Part shown: piece by piece, positions 41,982 through 51,176 of the stretch
Layout: the number at the start of each line of letters is the position of its first letter
How positions within the stretch are numbered: position 1 is the stretch's first letter
Source: Williopsis jadinii
Taxonomy: Eukaryota
Assembly (NCBI GenBank): GCA_024346625.1
Contig: AP024667.1
Span: 434,001-498,000, forward strand
Direction: 5' to 3'
DNA length: 64,000 nucleotides
Notes under the pieces: model-generated
What the model was told of the DNA's origin: nothing
The model's input: only the letters and a program-made list of their open reading frames with translations
Databases searched by the model: none
Translations under genes and position numbers: made by a program

Positions 41982-43295
41982 TTATATGGACTGCTTAGGC
42001 CTCTTTGGCTGTTGGTCGTTATCGGGCTGTAGGGGTCTTTTGTTGTGTGGCAGGTGATTGCTGAGCTGTGGCTCGTTCTGGCTCGTCAGTGGCTCGTTCT
42101 GGCTCTTCAGTGGCTCGTTCTGGCTCGTCAGTGGCTCGTTCTGGCTCTTCAGCGCCTCGGTGACTCTCTTATCACCACTGACGCCGTTGACAGGTCTGAA
42201 GTACGGTTGACACCTCCAGTAGGGCACCTTCTTGTACGAGCCGCCCCACAGCTGCTTGTCTCCCGCTGTGATCACGTCCAGCTGCTCGATGTCAGGTTTG
42301 GCGAAGATCTCTTCAACAGTGGCCTCGACAAGCTTCACGACGCGCTCAACGTCATCAAACCGGTACTTTGTATTCATCTTGGCAACCTCTTGTCTGATGT
42401 CGGTGTGGACCTCCAAGAAGGGTCTGAGGACTTTGAAGATGTGCGATTTCATCGCAATCTTGGAGGCGTTGCCAGGACAGTCCTTGACGATTTCGTAGTA
42501 CTCCCTCAGTATGTGGTCGACCCGTGGGAACTGTCTCTTGAGGTCCTCCTCGGCATCAACAAACACCCCTGGGTTGTACAGATTGCCCTCTGCACTCATG
42601 ACGGCATCGCAGCCAATCTCAGTTAGACACCTTGAGATGTCATCTGGGTACAGGATGTTGCCGTTAGCGAAGAACACCGTATCCTGTGGCAAGTTGTCTC
42701 TGAGGTACTTGATTATGGACCAGTCAGCGAGTCCAGTTTTCTGGCCCTTCATCTCCCTCGTACGTCCATGAACTGTGAGGAACTGTGCGCCTGCACTGAG
42801 AACCATCTTTGCGTATTCCAAGGTCTTTTCACGGTCTTCAAACACCCTGATCTTCGCAGTCACCGGGACATCAAGCTCTGTATGTAGCTTATTGATCAGC
42901 CTGTAAATGAGATCCCAGTTCTCCATCAAGAAAGAGCCGTAGTTGCCCTTTCTGGCAATCCCCTGTGGACACCCCAGGTTCAGATCAACCGCGTCGCATT
43001 TACCAACCACATGCTTAGCAGCCTGTAACAGATATTCTGGGTCATTGGCGCAGAATTGAACAACAAGTGGGCGGTCTTTGCCAGCGTCACCGTCCCATTC
43101 GCCCCACATGTCCTGTCTGTACTTCTCACTTGTGGCAAACAGCCGGGCATGGAACATCGGCGTGTAGCACAACGTGGCGCCGTATCTACGTGATAGTATT
43201 CTCCATGCCAGTTCACTTTGATCAACCATAGGCGCCACGATTCGCTTTGGGGAGCCAATAGACTCATAGAGCTCTCTTCCTTGAAGTTTTGTCAT
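41982..43295 (-). CDS. DUS1: tRNA dihydrouridine(16/17) synthase
   Basis: IVAPMVDQSELAWRILSRRYGA, DRPLVVQFCAND, DLNLGCPQGIA, TVHGRTRE and PYWRCQPYFR. First ATG is 43295. Confidence 0.96.
   Translation of the reverse strand: MTKLQGRELYESIGSPKRIVAPMVDQSELAWRILSRRYGATLCYTPMFHARLFATSEKYRQDMWGEWDGDAGKDRPLVVQFCANDPEYLLQAAKHVVGKCDAVDLNLGCPQGIARKGNYGSFLMENWDLIYRLINKLHTELDVPVTAKIRVFEDREKTLEYAKMVLSAGAQFLTVHGRTREMKGQKTGLADWSIIKYLRDNLPQDTVFFANGNILYPDDISRCLTEIGCDAVMSAEGNLYNPGVFVDAEEDLKRQFPRVDHILREYYEIVKDCPGNASKIAMKSHIFKVLRPFLEVHTDIRQEVAKMNTKYRFDDVERVVKLVEATVEEIFAKPDIEQLDVITAGDKQLWGGSYKKVPYWRCQPYFRPVNGVSGDKRVTEALKSQNEPLTSQNEPLKSQNEPLTSQNEPQLSNHLPHNKRPLQPDNDQQPKRPKQSI
42069..42152 (-). repeat. 21-bp coding tandem repeat x4, L(K/T)SQNEP, in the DUS1 tail
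   Basis: tggctcgttctggctc(g/t)tcag x4, alternating g/t/g/t. Confidence 0.95.
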
Positions 43296-43457
43296 GCTTG
43301 AACTGCTTGATCTACTGAGAGTCCTCAGGGTTAACAACCTACTAGGAAACAACAACTTGGGACCGCTTTGATGTGTAGAAAGATGGTATAAAATGATGAT
43401 GTTGAAAGATTTTTTTTTTCCCACTCTACCTCTTCTTTTTCGGTATAGTGGAGTTCT

Positions 43458-43487
43458 GCGATGAGATGAGCAAGAAAAAAAAATTTT
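43458..43487. promoter_or_regulatory. Tandem PAC (GCGATGAGATGAGC) plus RRPE-like AAAAATTTT upstream of DUS1
   Basis: Motifs read directly from the sequence. Confidence 0.7.
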
Positions 43488-43571
43488 AAAAAGGAAATTT
43501 ACAATACACCGTCAAAAGTGTACATTACGCAGTTTTACAATATGCTGTGATTCACTATACAAACATCGTAC

Positions 43572-45731
43572 TTACTCAACGATCTCTTCAGTCTCCTTCA
43601 ACACCTCCTCTTTGATTTCCTCAATAACCTCGAGGTCCTCGTTGTCATGGGAAACCTCCACGATACCGTATTGCTCCTTGTGGGCAGCAACGTTTGCTCT
43701 GAATGCGGTCCACTCCTCCAATAGACGACGTCTCTTCAGGATCAACTCTCTGGCAGAGGAGGAATCCTCCATGAGGTCGGTCTCGTCGAACTGGGCACTG
43801 TACTCACGCAAGTTCTTTCTGACCTTCTTCTTGTCACCACCTGTCAAGAGAGAAGCTGGACGTGGTCTCCAGATGAAGTCCTTGAATCCATCAACCAGTT
43901 CTTCTCTCAACAACTCACCGGCAAAGTTGAAAAGTCTGTAACCATTTTCAATCTTATGGGTCCAGATGGAGGACCAAGCAGCGACGAATCTTCCAGATGG
44001 GTCCCATTCCACATCGGTCATACCACCGTACTCATCTGAGGCTAAGAGTCTAACGTTCGCAGCAACGCTCTCATTCTCAGACTTTTCACCACTGTAGTCC
44101 AAATCGTAGAACTCCAGGAATCCCTTGGAACCACCAATACGTGCAACAACAAGGAAACGGCCCTTTGGAGCAAATTTCAGGGTGTTGGAGGTTTGATCAG
44201 CCAAGGTCTTGAAGCAGATCCACTTCTTCAATGCACTAGCTTTGTCCTTGGTGATCTCTGGTGCATAAAACTCAACATTGTTCTTAACAAATGTTTGGTT
44301 GGCTCCAACAACTTCTGGTTTGGAAATAACAACAAATCTATCTCCATTTGGTTCCCATTGGAAGTTAATGACACGGTCCTTGAGCTCAATTTTTTCAACT
44401 GGAATCTCCTTCTCGTTGAGTTTGAAGAACTCCAAGTTACTAAAGATTGTCTTCTTGGATTTAGTGTGACGATCCACCTTAACGGCCAAGTATTCGGCCT
44501 TGTCTTGCCAGTGCAACTTACAGTCCGAGACCTGGAACAAGTTGATAGTTCTCAAAACCTTCTTAGTTGGAACTTCAAACAATGCCACTCTAGCAGTCTG
44601 GTTACCACTTTCTGGTGTCCAATAGGCCAAAACATGAGCCAATGGATCATTTTGTTTGCTGCTGGCAAACTTGACACCAGCAGGAGCCCATTCAAAGTCA
44701 ACAATATCATCAATCTTGACAGGCTTCTTATCCAAGAGAGAAAAGTTGTCAGCTGTGTCGTAGATGGCCAAGGCATTTGGACCCATTCTGGCAACGTACT
44801 TGTCGTCGTAAGACCACTTGATCAATGGCCAAACCATTTCTTTAACCTTCTCCAAGTGTGGTGGGAGAGCAAAGGTACGTGCTGGCAAACCAGTAGCGAT
44901 GTCCCAAATAATCAGCTTATGGCCTTCAGATTCTGGACCGAATGGGAAACTGGCCCTCTTTGGGTGATCTTCTGGTGGGAGGACAATTGGATCTGGGGAC
45001 AGTGTAACGAGGTATCTCTCTGAAGGAGAGAAGTCGATCAGACGAACCTTAGGGTGTGAGAATCTCTTCAAATTCTTAAAGTCCTTACCACCCCAACACT
45101 GAATACCTTGAGGATGGATGGAGAAGGCGTATTGACCCTTTGGTGAGAATTTAATGAAACCATCAGTCCAGCCGACTCTTGGCTCAATGACTGGCTCTGG
45201 AGCATGTTTCTTCTTATTCCAGAAGGCACCGACGGTATCGTTCTTGTGCAACAAGAATTGGTCACGTCCAGCCTCATCCTGTAACCAAGATTTCAAATAA
45301 TCAGTCTCTTGGAACGGTGGGAGGGTTGGCTCAACAAACTCATCGGTGATGTTACCACTAATAGCGTATTTTTCAACGTCATTCCATCTGTTAAGGAACA
45401 GACGATGCTTAACATCCAACTTCTTACCGTTCAAGGCCTTGATGGCCTTGTCAACGTTTTGTTGTGATTCATACTCAACAAAGCAGAACCCCTTGGTCTT
45501 CCCATCTGCCAAGGGCATGTGGAAGCTCACAACGGTGCCAGCCTGGGACAACAACTTGGTCAACACTTTGGTCAACACCGGAACCTTAGCCTCAGGCGCA
45601 ACTGGACAGCCATCGACAACGACAAAACGCTCAAATGTAGTATCCTCTGGCACTGCGTACTTCTCCTCCAAATCGGAGAAGTCGATATCGTCAACAGAGA
45701 TATCTTCGATCTTTGGTTCTTCAAGAGTCAT
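43572..45731 (-). CDS. PRT1: Translation initiation factor eIF3 subunit b
   Basis: DIDFSDLE, RRM (VVVDGCPVAPEAK...TKGFCFVEY), beta-propeller and FIWRPRP. Confidence 0.97.
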   Translation of the reverse strand: MTLEEPKIEDISVDDIDFSDLEEKYAVPEDTTFERFVVVDGCPVAPEAKVPVLTKVLTKLLSQAGTVVSFHMPLADGKTKGFCFVEYESQQNVDKAIKALNGKKLDVKHRLFLNRWNDVEKYAISGNITDEFVEPTLPPFQETDYLKSWLQDEAGRDQFLLHKNDTVGAFWNKKKHAPEPVIEPRVGWTDGFIKFSPKGQYAFSIHPQGIQCWGGKDFKNLKRFSHPKVRLIDFSPSERYLVTLSPDPIVLPPEDHPKRASFPFGPESEGHKLIIWDIATGLPARTFALPPHLEKVKEMVWPLIKWSYDDKYVARMGPNALAIYDTADNFSLLDKKPVKIDDIVDFEWAPAGVKFASSKQNDPLAHVLAYWTPESGNQTARVALFEVPTKKVLRTINLFQVSDCKLHWQDKAEYLAVKVDRHTKSKKTIFSNLEFFKLNEKEIPVEKIELKDRVINFQWEPNGDRFVVISKPEVVGANQTFVKNNVEFYAPEITKDKASALKKWICFKTLADQTSNTLKFAPKGRFLVVARIGGSKGFLEFYDLDYSGEKSENESVAANVRLLASDEYGGMTDVEWDPSGRFVAAWSSIWTHKIENGYRLFNFAGELLREELVDGFKDFIWRPRPASLLTGGDKKKVRKNLREYSAQFDETDLMEDSSSARELILKRRRLLEEWTAFRANVAAHKEQYGIVEVSHDNEDLEVIEEIKEEVLKETEEIVE

Positions 45732-46173
45732 ATTTCTAAGCCTATGGAGAACTGTAACAACCTCGTTTACGAAAGACCCGTTGTTATGGTTGTTGTTGAT
45801 TGTGGAAACTTTTCACTTTTTTTTTCGCAATGACGATGCATTCTTCCCGAAACGGAAATGGTTCTGAGCACTGGCATATTTCCTCATCTGGAGCGCGCGT
45901 GCGCGCACATTCACGTCAAATGTTTCACAAACTGAAAGGATGTAAACAATGAAACAACAGGCCTGTTGAAAGGAGAACGTATTGCTGGAGGCGCTGTGTT
46001 TTTGTTTGTGAATTGCTCACGTTGGCCTGATTGCGACGTCACAAGTTCATTGTCGAGGGTAGTCTGGCTGATTGAGTGATTGTTCAAGCGGTGATTCTGC
46101 TGGTGTTTATCTCAATCTACAAAGAGGTAAACAATTGAGATCCACCAGGGCGGCACGGTGATTGAGACCGAAG

Positions 46174-48825
46174 ATGGAGACAGAGTTGAGCTCTTTGCGC
46201 TCTAATGAGTCTCTCTCTGATATGACAAACGAACTCAGGGGGCTGGAGATTGCCGAGAAGGGCGGTGAGGATATGGATCATGGTGATGTTGGGAGTGTCC
46301 CCACAACACACCTTGGTTTTGAAGAAGAGTTTGACGATGATGAGGAGAATGAGTTTCTCAACTCAAGTTCTTTCCTGTCGAACTCCCAGATTATAAGGTC
46401 CACAAATGTCGCAAACTTCAACCCGACGGTGCAGAATACCTTGCAAAGTCCTACAAGAAGAGATGACCAGGCAAAACATGAACCAGATTTGTCGAAAGCG
46501 GAAGAAGGTCTGAGCACCCAGCAAGGGTTCGACCAGAGCGGTGAGCGTGAAGATTTTAATAATGAAGAGATTGGGATTTACGATCATAATGAAATATCGG
46601 TTTTCCCAAGCGACGATGAAAAATCCACACGATTCATCGATATTGATGATCCTAGATCAACACCAAAACTACCAAAGATGCATCCAAATTTCACACCCTG
46701 GAGAAACCTACGTCCAACTAGTAGTATACGTGTGAAGGAAACACGCAATGAACCGTCCATTGACTACGTGCAGTCCTTATTTGAATCAGATGCACCGCTT
46801 TTTGAGGCGAACTCGCCTGCAAGATCTGTATCTCTTTTTGACATTGCCAGTAATGATGGTACATCTGGATCTAATGCCGCAGCTGCAACTTCCACTGTTG
46901 AGATGGAAGACCTCAGAAAACAGATAACAAACTACAAGCTGCAACAAAGAATTCTCACCGAGGTGATTCGTGAAATATTGAAACTTTCAGGTAATGGGGA
47001 CCAATTGAAGTCTGAACTCATGCAAAAACTAGAAAATGAGAATGTCCTACTAATGGCTGAACGTGATAATGTGAAAGATAGTATAAAGAAAGAAGAAAAC
47101 GATACTCTTACAAAGTATAATGAAAAGGTAAAAGAACTTGTTGACTTAAAGGGAGACTTGATATCGATGAAACACGTCAATGAAGAATTACAATCAACAC
47201 TTGAAGGTTACAAGTCACACATTAATGCACAAGAAGAGACCATTAATAACCAATATACAAACATAGAAGTATGGACAAAGTTATGTGATGAAATACTTGA
47301 GATTCTTCTTCAATATATTGATGGTGATTCCGCTAAGGCCATACAACGTGTCAGATCCGGTACGCTGAGTATCACTACAGCACTTAACGTTATCAAGTTT
47401 TCTATTGATGAACTGGGTCAGAAGATCTTATCCATCTCCAAAGACTTAAAGGCTGGTGATGAAAATGAACCAACATTGCCAACAATACATGAGTTCAATG
47501 CTAAGCTGACAAATGTCAAACAAACAGAAGAGAAGCTTAAAACACTTTGGAATACGCAATCCACGTTGGTGTCGTCTTTGCGATCTGAAGTTTCGAAACT
47601 CCGTCGTGACTCTGAAGACAACGGCCGGTATGTGATAAACCTTCGAAAGCTCCTCAACGAAAAAAGGTTAAAAATATCATCTTTGAATGAGTATATCAAG
47701 GAGCTTGAGTCACAAATAGAACAACTCAAAGATGAAGATGGTTTTGATAGCAGCAGGGAAACCCAATTGTTGAAAAATAGACTCACCATTTTGAAAACAA
47801 ATCATGCAAAGGAAATTGAGGCACTCAAAGACTCTATAGCACACTTAACCATTGAGCTGGAGCAGAACAAAGGAAACATTGAACTTGAGCATGAGCTATC
47901 AAGGAAGAGGAGACAAATCACAGATTTGGAATCTCAGATATCATCTCTTCAATCTCAATTGTCGGATAGAACTCGTGATATGGACTCCGCTGTTGACAGT
48001 TTGAAGCGTACCCTACAAACTACACGCGAAGAATACGATTCACTACTCAGAGAATGTAATCACCTCAAGAGCAAGTTAAAGGATGCACAAGACAGAGAAG
48101 ATGCAAAGGAGAAAGAATATAGGAGGAAATTGGAACATGCTGCAAAGGAACTTAATCTTGCAGTCATGAAACAGAGAGCTTTGGCTGCTGAGAAGAGTAA
48201 ACTACGATTCTCTCTTGAAGATTGCAAAAGAGAGCGATCTGCTCTAACTCTTAACAACAATACATTAAGTGAGAAGGTTGATCGTTTAAGCTATGACTTA
48301 TCATCGCTCACTAATTACGAAGTTGGATTCAAAAGTCTCTTGGATCTTCAGGTGCATCATCTGAGGAATATGTTGGATGACTTTGAAGCTGTACTTGAGA
48401 GATCATCTTATATCCAAGCAAAGCAAAAATTAGATAAACTATTAGATTCAAACTTGGACTTTGAGATGACACATTCAATTGTTCGATCATTGTTTGCCTT
48501 TTTTGAAAACGCTATGGGCTCACTGATTGAGGACCATAAAAACATGCTAATGAACAACCACGAAGAGGAGCTTGCTAACGAGAATGCGGATCTCCACCAA
48601 CAAGTTGAGACCCTTCAGCAAGAACTTCAATGGTACTATGAGAATGCCAATGTTGATCAGGACAGTCCTAGAACGAAATTGAGAATCAGTGATCTGGAGA
48701 AGAAGCGTAAAGCTGAACGTGAGAGACGTCAAGTGGAATTCAGAGAATCACAGATTCTGGTTAGAAAATTGGAAGATGAGAATCGTTCTCTAAAGGAAAA
48801 GTTGGCATCATTATCTACAAAGTAA
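46174..48825 (+). CDS. SPC72: Gamma-tubulin complex receptor Spc72/Mto1-like coiled-coil protein
   Basis: CM1-like LRKQITNYKLQQRILTEVI, a long coiled coil, and MASC-like C-terminus LRISDLEKKRKAERERR...LEDENRSL. GEM1 and BOL3, which flank SPC72 in S. cerevisiae, are in this window. Confidence 0.8.
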   Translation: METELSSLRSNESLSDMTNELRGLEIAEKGGEDMDHGDVGSVPTTHLGFEEEFDDDEENEFLNSSSFLSNSQIIRSTNVANFNPTVQNTLQSPTRRDDQAKHEPDLSKAEEGLSTQQGFDQSGEREDFNNEEIGIYDHNEISVFPSDDEKSTRFIDIDDPRSTPKLPKMHPNFTPWRNLRPTSSIRVKETRNEPSIDYVQSLFESDAPLFEANSPARSVSLFDIASNDGTSGSNAAAATSTVEMEDLRKQITNYKLQQRILTEVIREILKLSGNGDQLKSELMQKLENENVLLMAERDNVKDSIKKEENDTLTKYNEKVKELVDLKGDLISMKHVNEELQSTLEGYKSHINAQEETINNQYTNIEVWTKLCDEILEILLQYIDGDSAKAIQRVRSGTLSITTALNVIKFSIDELGQKILSISKDLKAGDENEPTLPTIHEFNAKLTNVKQTEEKLKTLWNTQSTLVSSLRSEVSKLRRDSEDNGRYVINLRKLLNEKRLKISSLNEYIKELESQIEQLKDEDGFDSSRETQLLKNRLTILKTNHAKEIEALKDSIAHLTIELEQNKGNIELEHELSRKRRQITDLESQISSLQSQLSDRTRDMDSAVDSLKRTLQTTREEYDSLLRECNHLKSKLKDAQDREDAKEKEYRRKLEHAAKELNLAVMKQRALAAEKSKLRFSLEDCKRERSALTLNNNTLSEKVDRLSYDLSSLTNYEVGFKSLLDLQVHHLRNMLDDFEAVLERSSYIQAKQKLDKLLDSNLDFEMTHSIVRSLFAFFENAMGSLIEDHKNMLMNNHEEELANENADLHQQVETLQQELQWYYENANVDQDSPRTKLRISDLEKKRKAERERRQVEFRESQILVRKLEDENRSLKEKLASLSTK

Positions 48826-48882
48826 TGAATAAAGGGCCCGAGATGGATTTTACTTATGATATTCTAAAACAACCTTCTACGC

Positions 48883-49711
48883 CTAATCGGACATTGTTTC
48901 GTCGTCATCGCTATCCTCGTTCAGCTTTGCCTCGGCGTACTCTTTGGCCTCCTGTAGCAGGTCTTCTGGGACAAACTGGTGGGTGCCGTTGGTCTCAGAC
49001 TTTGAGCACCATGTGATTTCAATTTCAAAGTCTTTATCCTTGTTATCCTCATGGGCCAAATAGATGATTCTTGCAGCTTCCTTTACCGCATCCTTTGCAC
49101 TCAACGTAGCCATGTCTAACTTCTCCAGCTCATTCTTGGCACTTTGTCTACCTTTACCTGTGGCAGCACCGTGATAACCCCAGTATGTTCCGCTTGGTTC
49201 CAACATGTACAAATGTGGTCCGCTTTCATCAATACCACCAATGATGGTTGTTACGCCAAACGGTCTCACAGAGTTGTAGCACGTGTATGCCTGTAAGAAC
49301 CCGCCAATACGGTCTATTAGGTAGGGAACTGTGATTGGCTCCTTGTATTGACTCATGTAAGTTTGATATTCACCTCTACATTTGCTGACGAGGTTTCTTC
49401 CATCTGGGAGCATACCGGAGTAAACAACACCAATGTGCTTACCCACGGTCTGGATACGGTTGTTCTTATTTGGCACGAGCAGTTTGGAGGTGACGATCTT
49501 CTCCACCGCAAGCACAACACCGTCCTGGCACTTGATACCTATTGAAGTACCACCGTTCTCCACTGCCTTCGAGGCATACTCTACTTGGAAGTTTCTCCCA
49601 TCTGGAGAGAAAACACTATTGGAAAGATCGTAACCTGTACCGACAGACGTCTGGCAATGGAAATGTTAGTGAAGGTGAGGGCAATCGACACGATTCGATC
49701 GTACGTACCAT
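48883..49711 (-). CDS. PRE10: 20S proteasome subunit alpha7. The first coding exon is the ATG alone (49711-49709); exon 2 is 49650-48883
   Basis: Intron 49708-49651 (GTACGT..CACTAAC..CAG) gives M|TSVGTGYDLSNSVFSPDGRNFQVEYA. Also YNSVRPFG and GKGRQSAKNELEK. Confidence 0.96.
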
Positions 49712-49792
49712 GATTTACACAGCCAATTGATGAAGAGAGATATGAACGCTTTGTTGATTGTTTGTTGTTCTTTCAAGTGTTTGAAGGCTCGG

Positions 49793-49802
49793 TTTTGCCT
49801 CC
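49793..49802 (-). promoter_or_regulatory. Rpn4/PACE-like element GGAGGCAAAA upstream of PRE10
   Basis: One mismatch to GGTGGCAAA, about 85 bp upstream of a proteasome gene. Confidence 0.5.
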
Positions 49803-49923
49803 CAGTTTGGATCTTTTATTTGGTGTACGGATGTATAGACTTTTTCTCCCACGCACTTCTTGTTGATGTTTGTATGTATTTCCAAGTTTAACAGTTAAAC
49901 AATGGAAGCCAGCGGCGGTGAGC

Positions 49924-50967
49924 ATGGCCAATGAGAGGTTGTCTAGTGCGTTAGAGTCGATATGCTCCTCTGGGAGCACCAAGGTTGCGTTTGTTAGCTC
50001 TCCGAGGGTTTCGAAACATCTCAAGAAGCGTGTTGATAAGCAAATACAGTCGAACAAGACATATCAGTTCTTCCGCAGTATTTCAAAGAGAAGGCTCAGG
50101 TCGTCGTCTGTTGAGAATCTCTACAAGGTTTCTGGTGGCTTTAGACCATTCGATAGGGGTTTACTGCTGGATAGGATCTCTAGCTTCCAGAGCCGTGTCA
50201 GCTGGAACATCTCGAGTGAATCCTTGACACCGCTGTCGTTATCATTGGCTGGGTGGAGTTGCGATGCTCGCAAGCAAAACACCATTACCTGTGGCTGCTG
50301 CAATGCCAGTGTTCTTATCAAGCTGCCAGAAGCTGAAGTCACCGGTGACGACGAGACTGATCTTGTCTCCATCAGAATGGTGGATAAAATTGCAGAGAAG
50401 TACGTTGCCAAAGCACAAGAGTTCCATAGGGAGAACTGTCCCTGGAGGAAACAACTTACGCCTTTTAGCGTCTATGAGATCTCGTTCGGTAATATGACCC
50501 GTGAGCTGGAATCATTTCACGAAAGGTACCGTCATAATTTGAACTTTGCTGTCGACATTGAAGCCATGGAGTTCCATCCTGTTTTAACAGGTGAAGAATA
50601 CCAATACGTTGAATCGTATCTGAAACAGCACCACTTGGATGTGAACAAGGAGGTGATTCTTGTGACTCTACTAGGCTGGACTGTTGAACGTAAAGGCTCC
50701 AGCTCGCTTCTGTTGTTGACATCACGGTCAGATGCTAGAAGAGTAATCGTAACAGATAGTGCTGTTGATCTCGTTGCAGAACACCACAAGTGGTCCTGTT
50801 TTGTACAGGGCTATAGAGTTCTCTTGCAGATATTCAAATCAATAGCAGCACGAGACGTTGAGTCGCCATCAACTGATGACGGCGTGGAACTGTTTAATGG
50901 TGTGACAAGCAGAGAATCAAACACAGGAGCTAAACTGGACAAACTACGGAAGGTGTATTTTGAATAG
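49924..50967 (+). CDS. PML39: C3HC zinc-finger nuclear basket protein (Pml39/Rsm1/ZC3HC1 family)
   Basis: FRPFDR..LL.RISSF, L.PL.L...GW, CGCC and HRENCPW. Lies next to SCS7 and ZDS, as in the ancestral yeast gene order. Confidence 0.8.
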   Translation: MANERLSSALESICSSGSTKVAFVSSPRVSKHLKKRVDKQIQSNKTYQFFRSISKRRLRSSSVENLYKVSGGFRPFDRGLLLDRISSFQSRVSWNISSESLTPLSLSLAGWSCDARKQNTITCGCCNASVLIKLPEAEVTGDDETDLVSIRMVDKIAEKYVAKAQEFHRENCPWRKQLTPFSVYEISFGNMTRELESFHERYRHNLNFAVDIEAMEFHPVLTGEEYQYVESYLKQHHLDVNKEVILVTLLGWTVERKGSSSLLLLTSRSDARRVIVTDSAVDLVAEHHKWSCFVQGYRVLLQIFKSIAARDVESPSTDDGVELFNGVTSRESNTGAKLDKLRKVYFE

Positions 50968-51176
50968 CTAGTTCAGTCTTAAACTATAAAGAAATCATAT
51001 CACATTGCATATTAATATCCACTGTATCCACACACTTCTGACATTGTTACTCTAGGGCCGTCTACACCCCCCTCCTTCGAATATATACTTATCAGTATAG
51101 TTATGTTTAGTTTTGATCTTTAGCCTCGCTTGTCCATAGGCACTCGATAGAATGTTGTTCATGAAGCGAGTCGTAA

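Noticed and set aside
44193..45023. 276-aa ORF antisense to PRT1, and similar ORFs opposite URA5, PDB1, NOC2, DUS1 and EGD2 (59515-60204)
   Set aside because: These are expected by-products of codon bias in conserved genes on the other strand.
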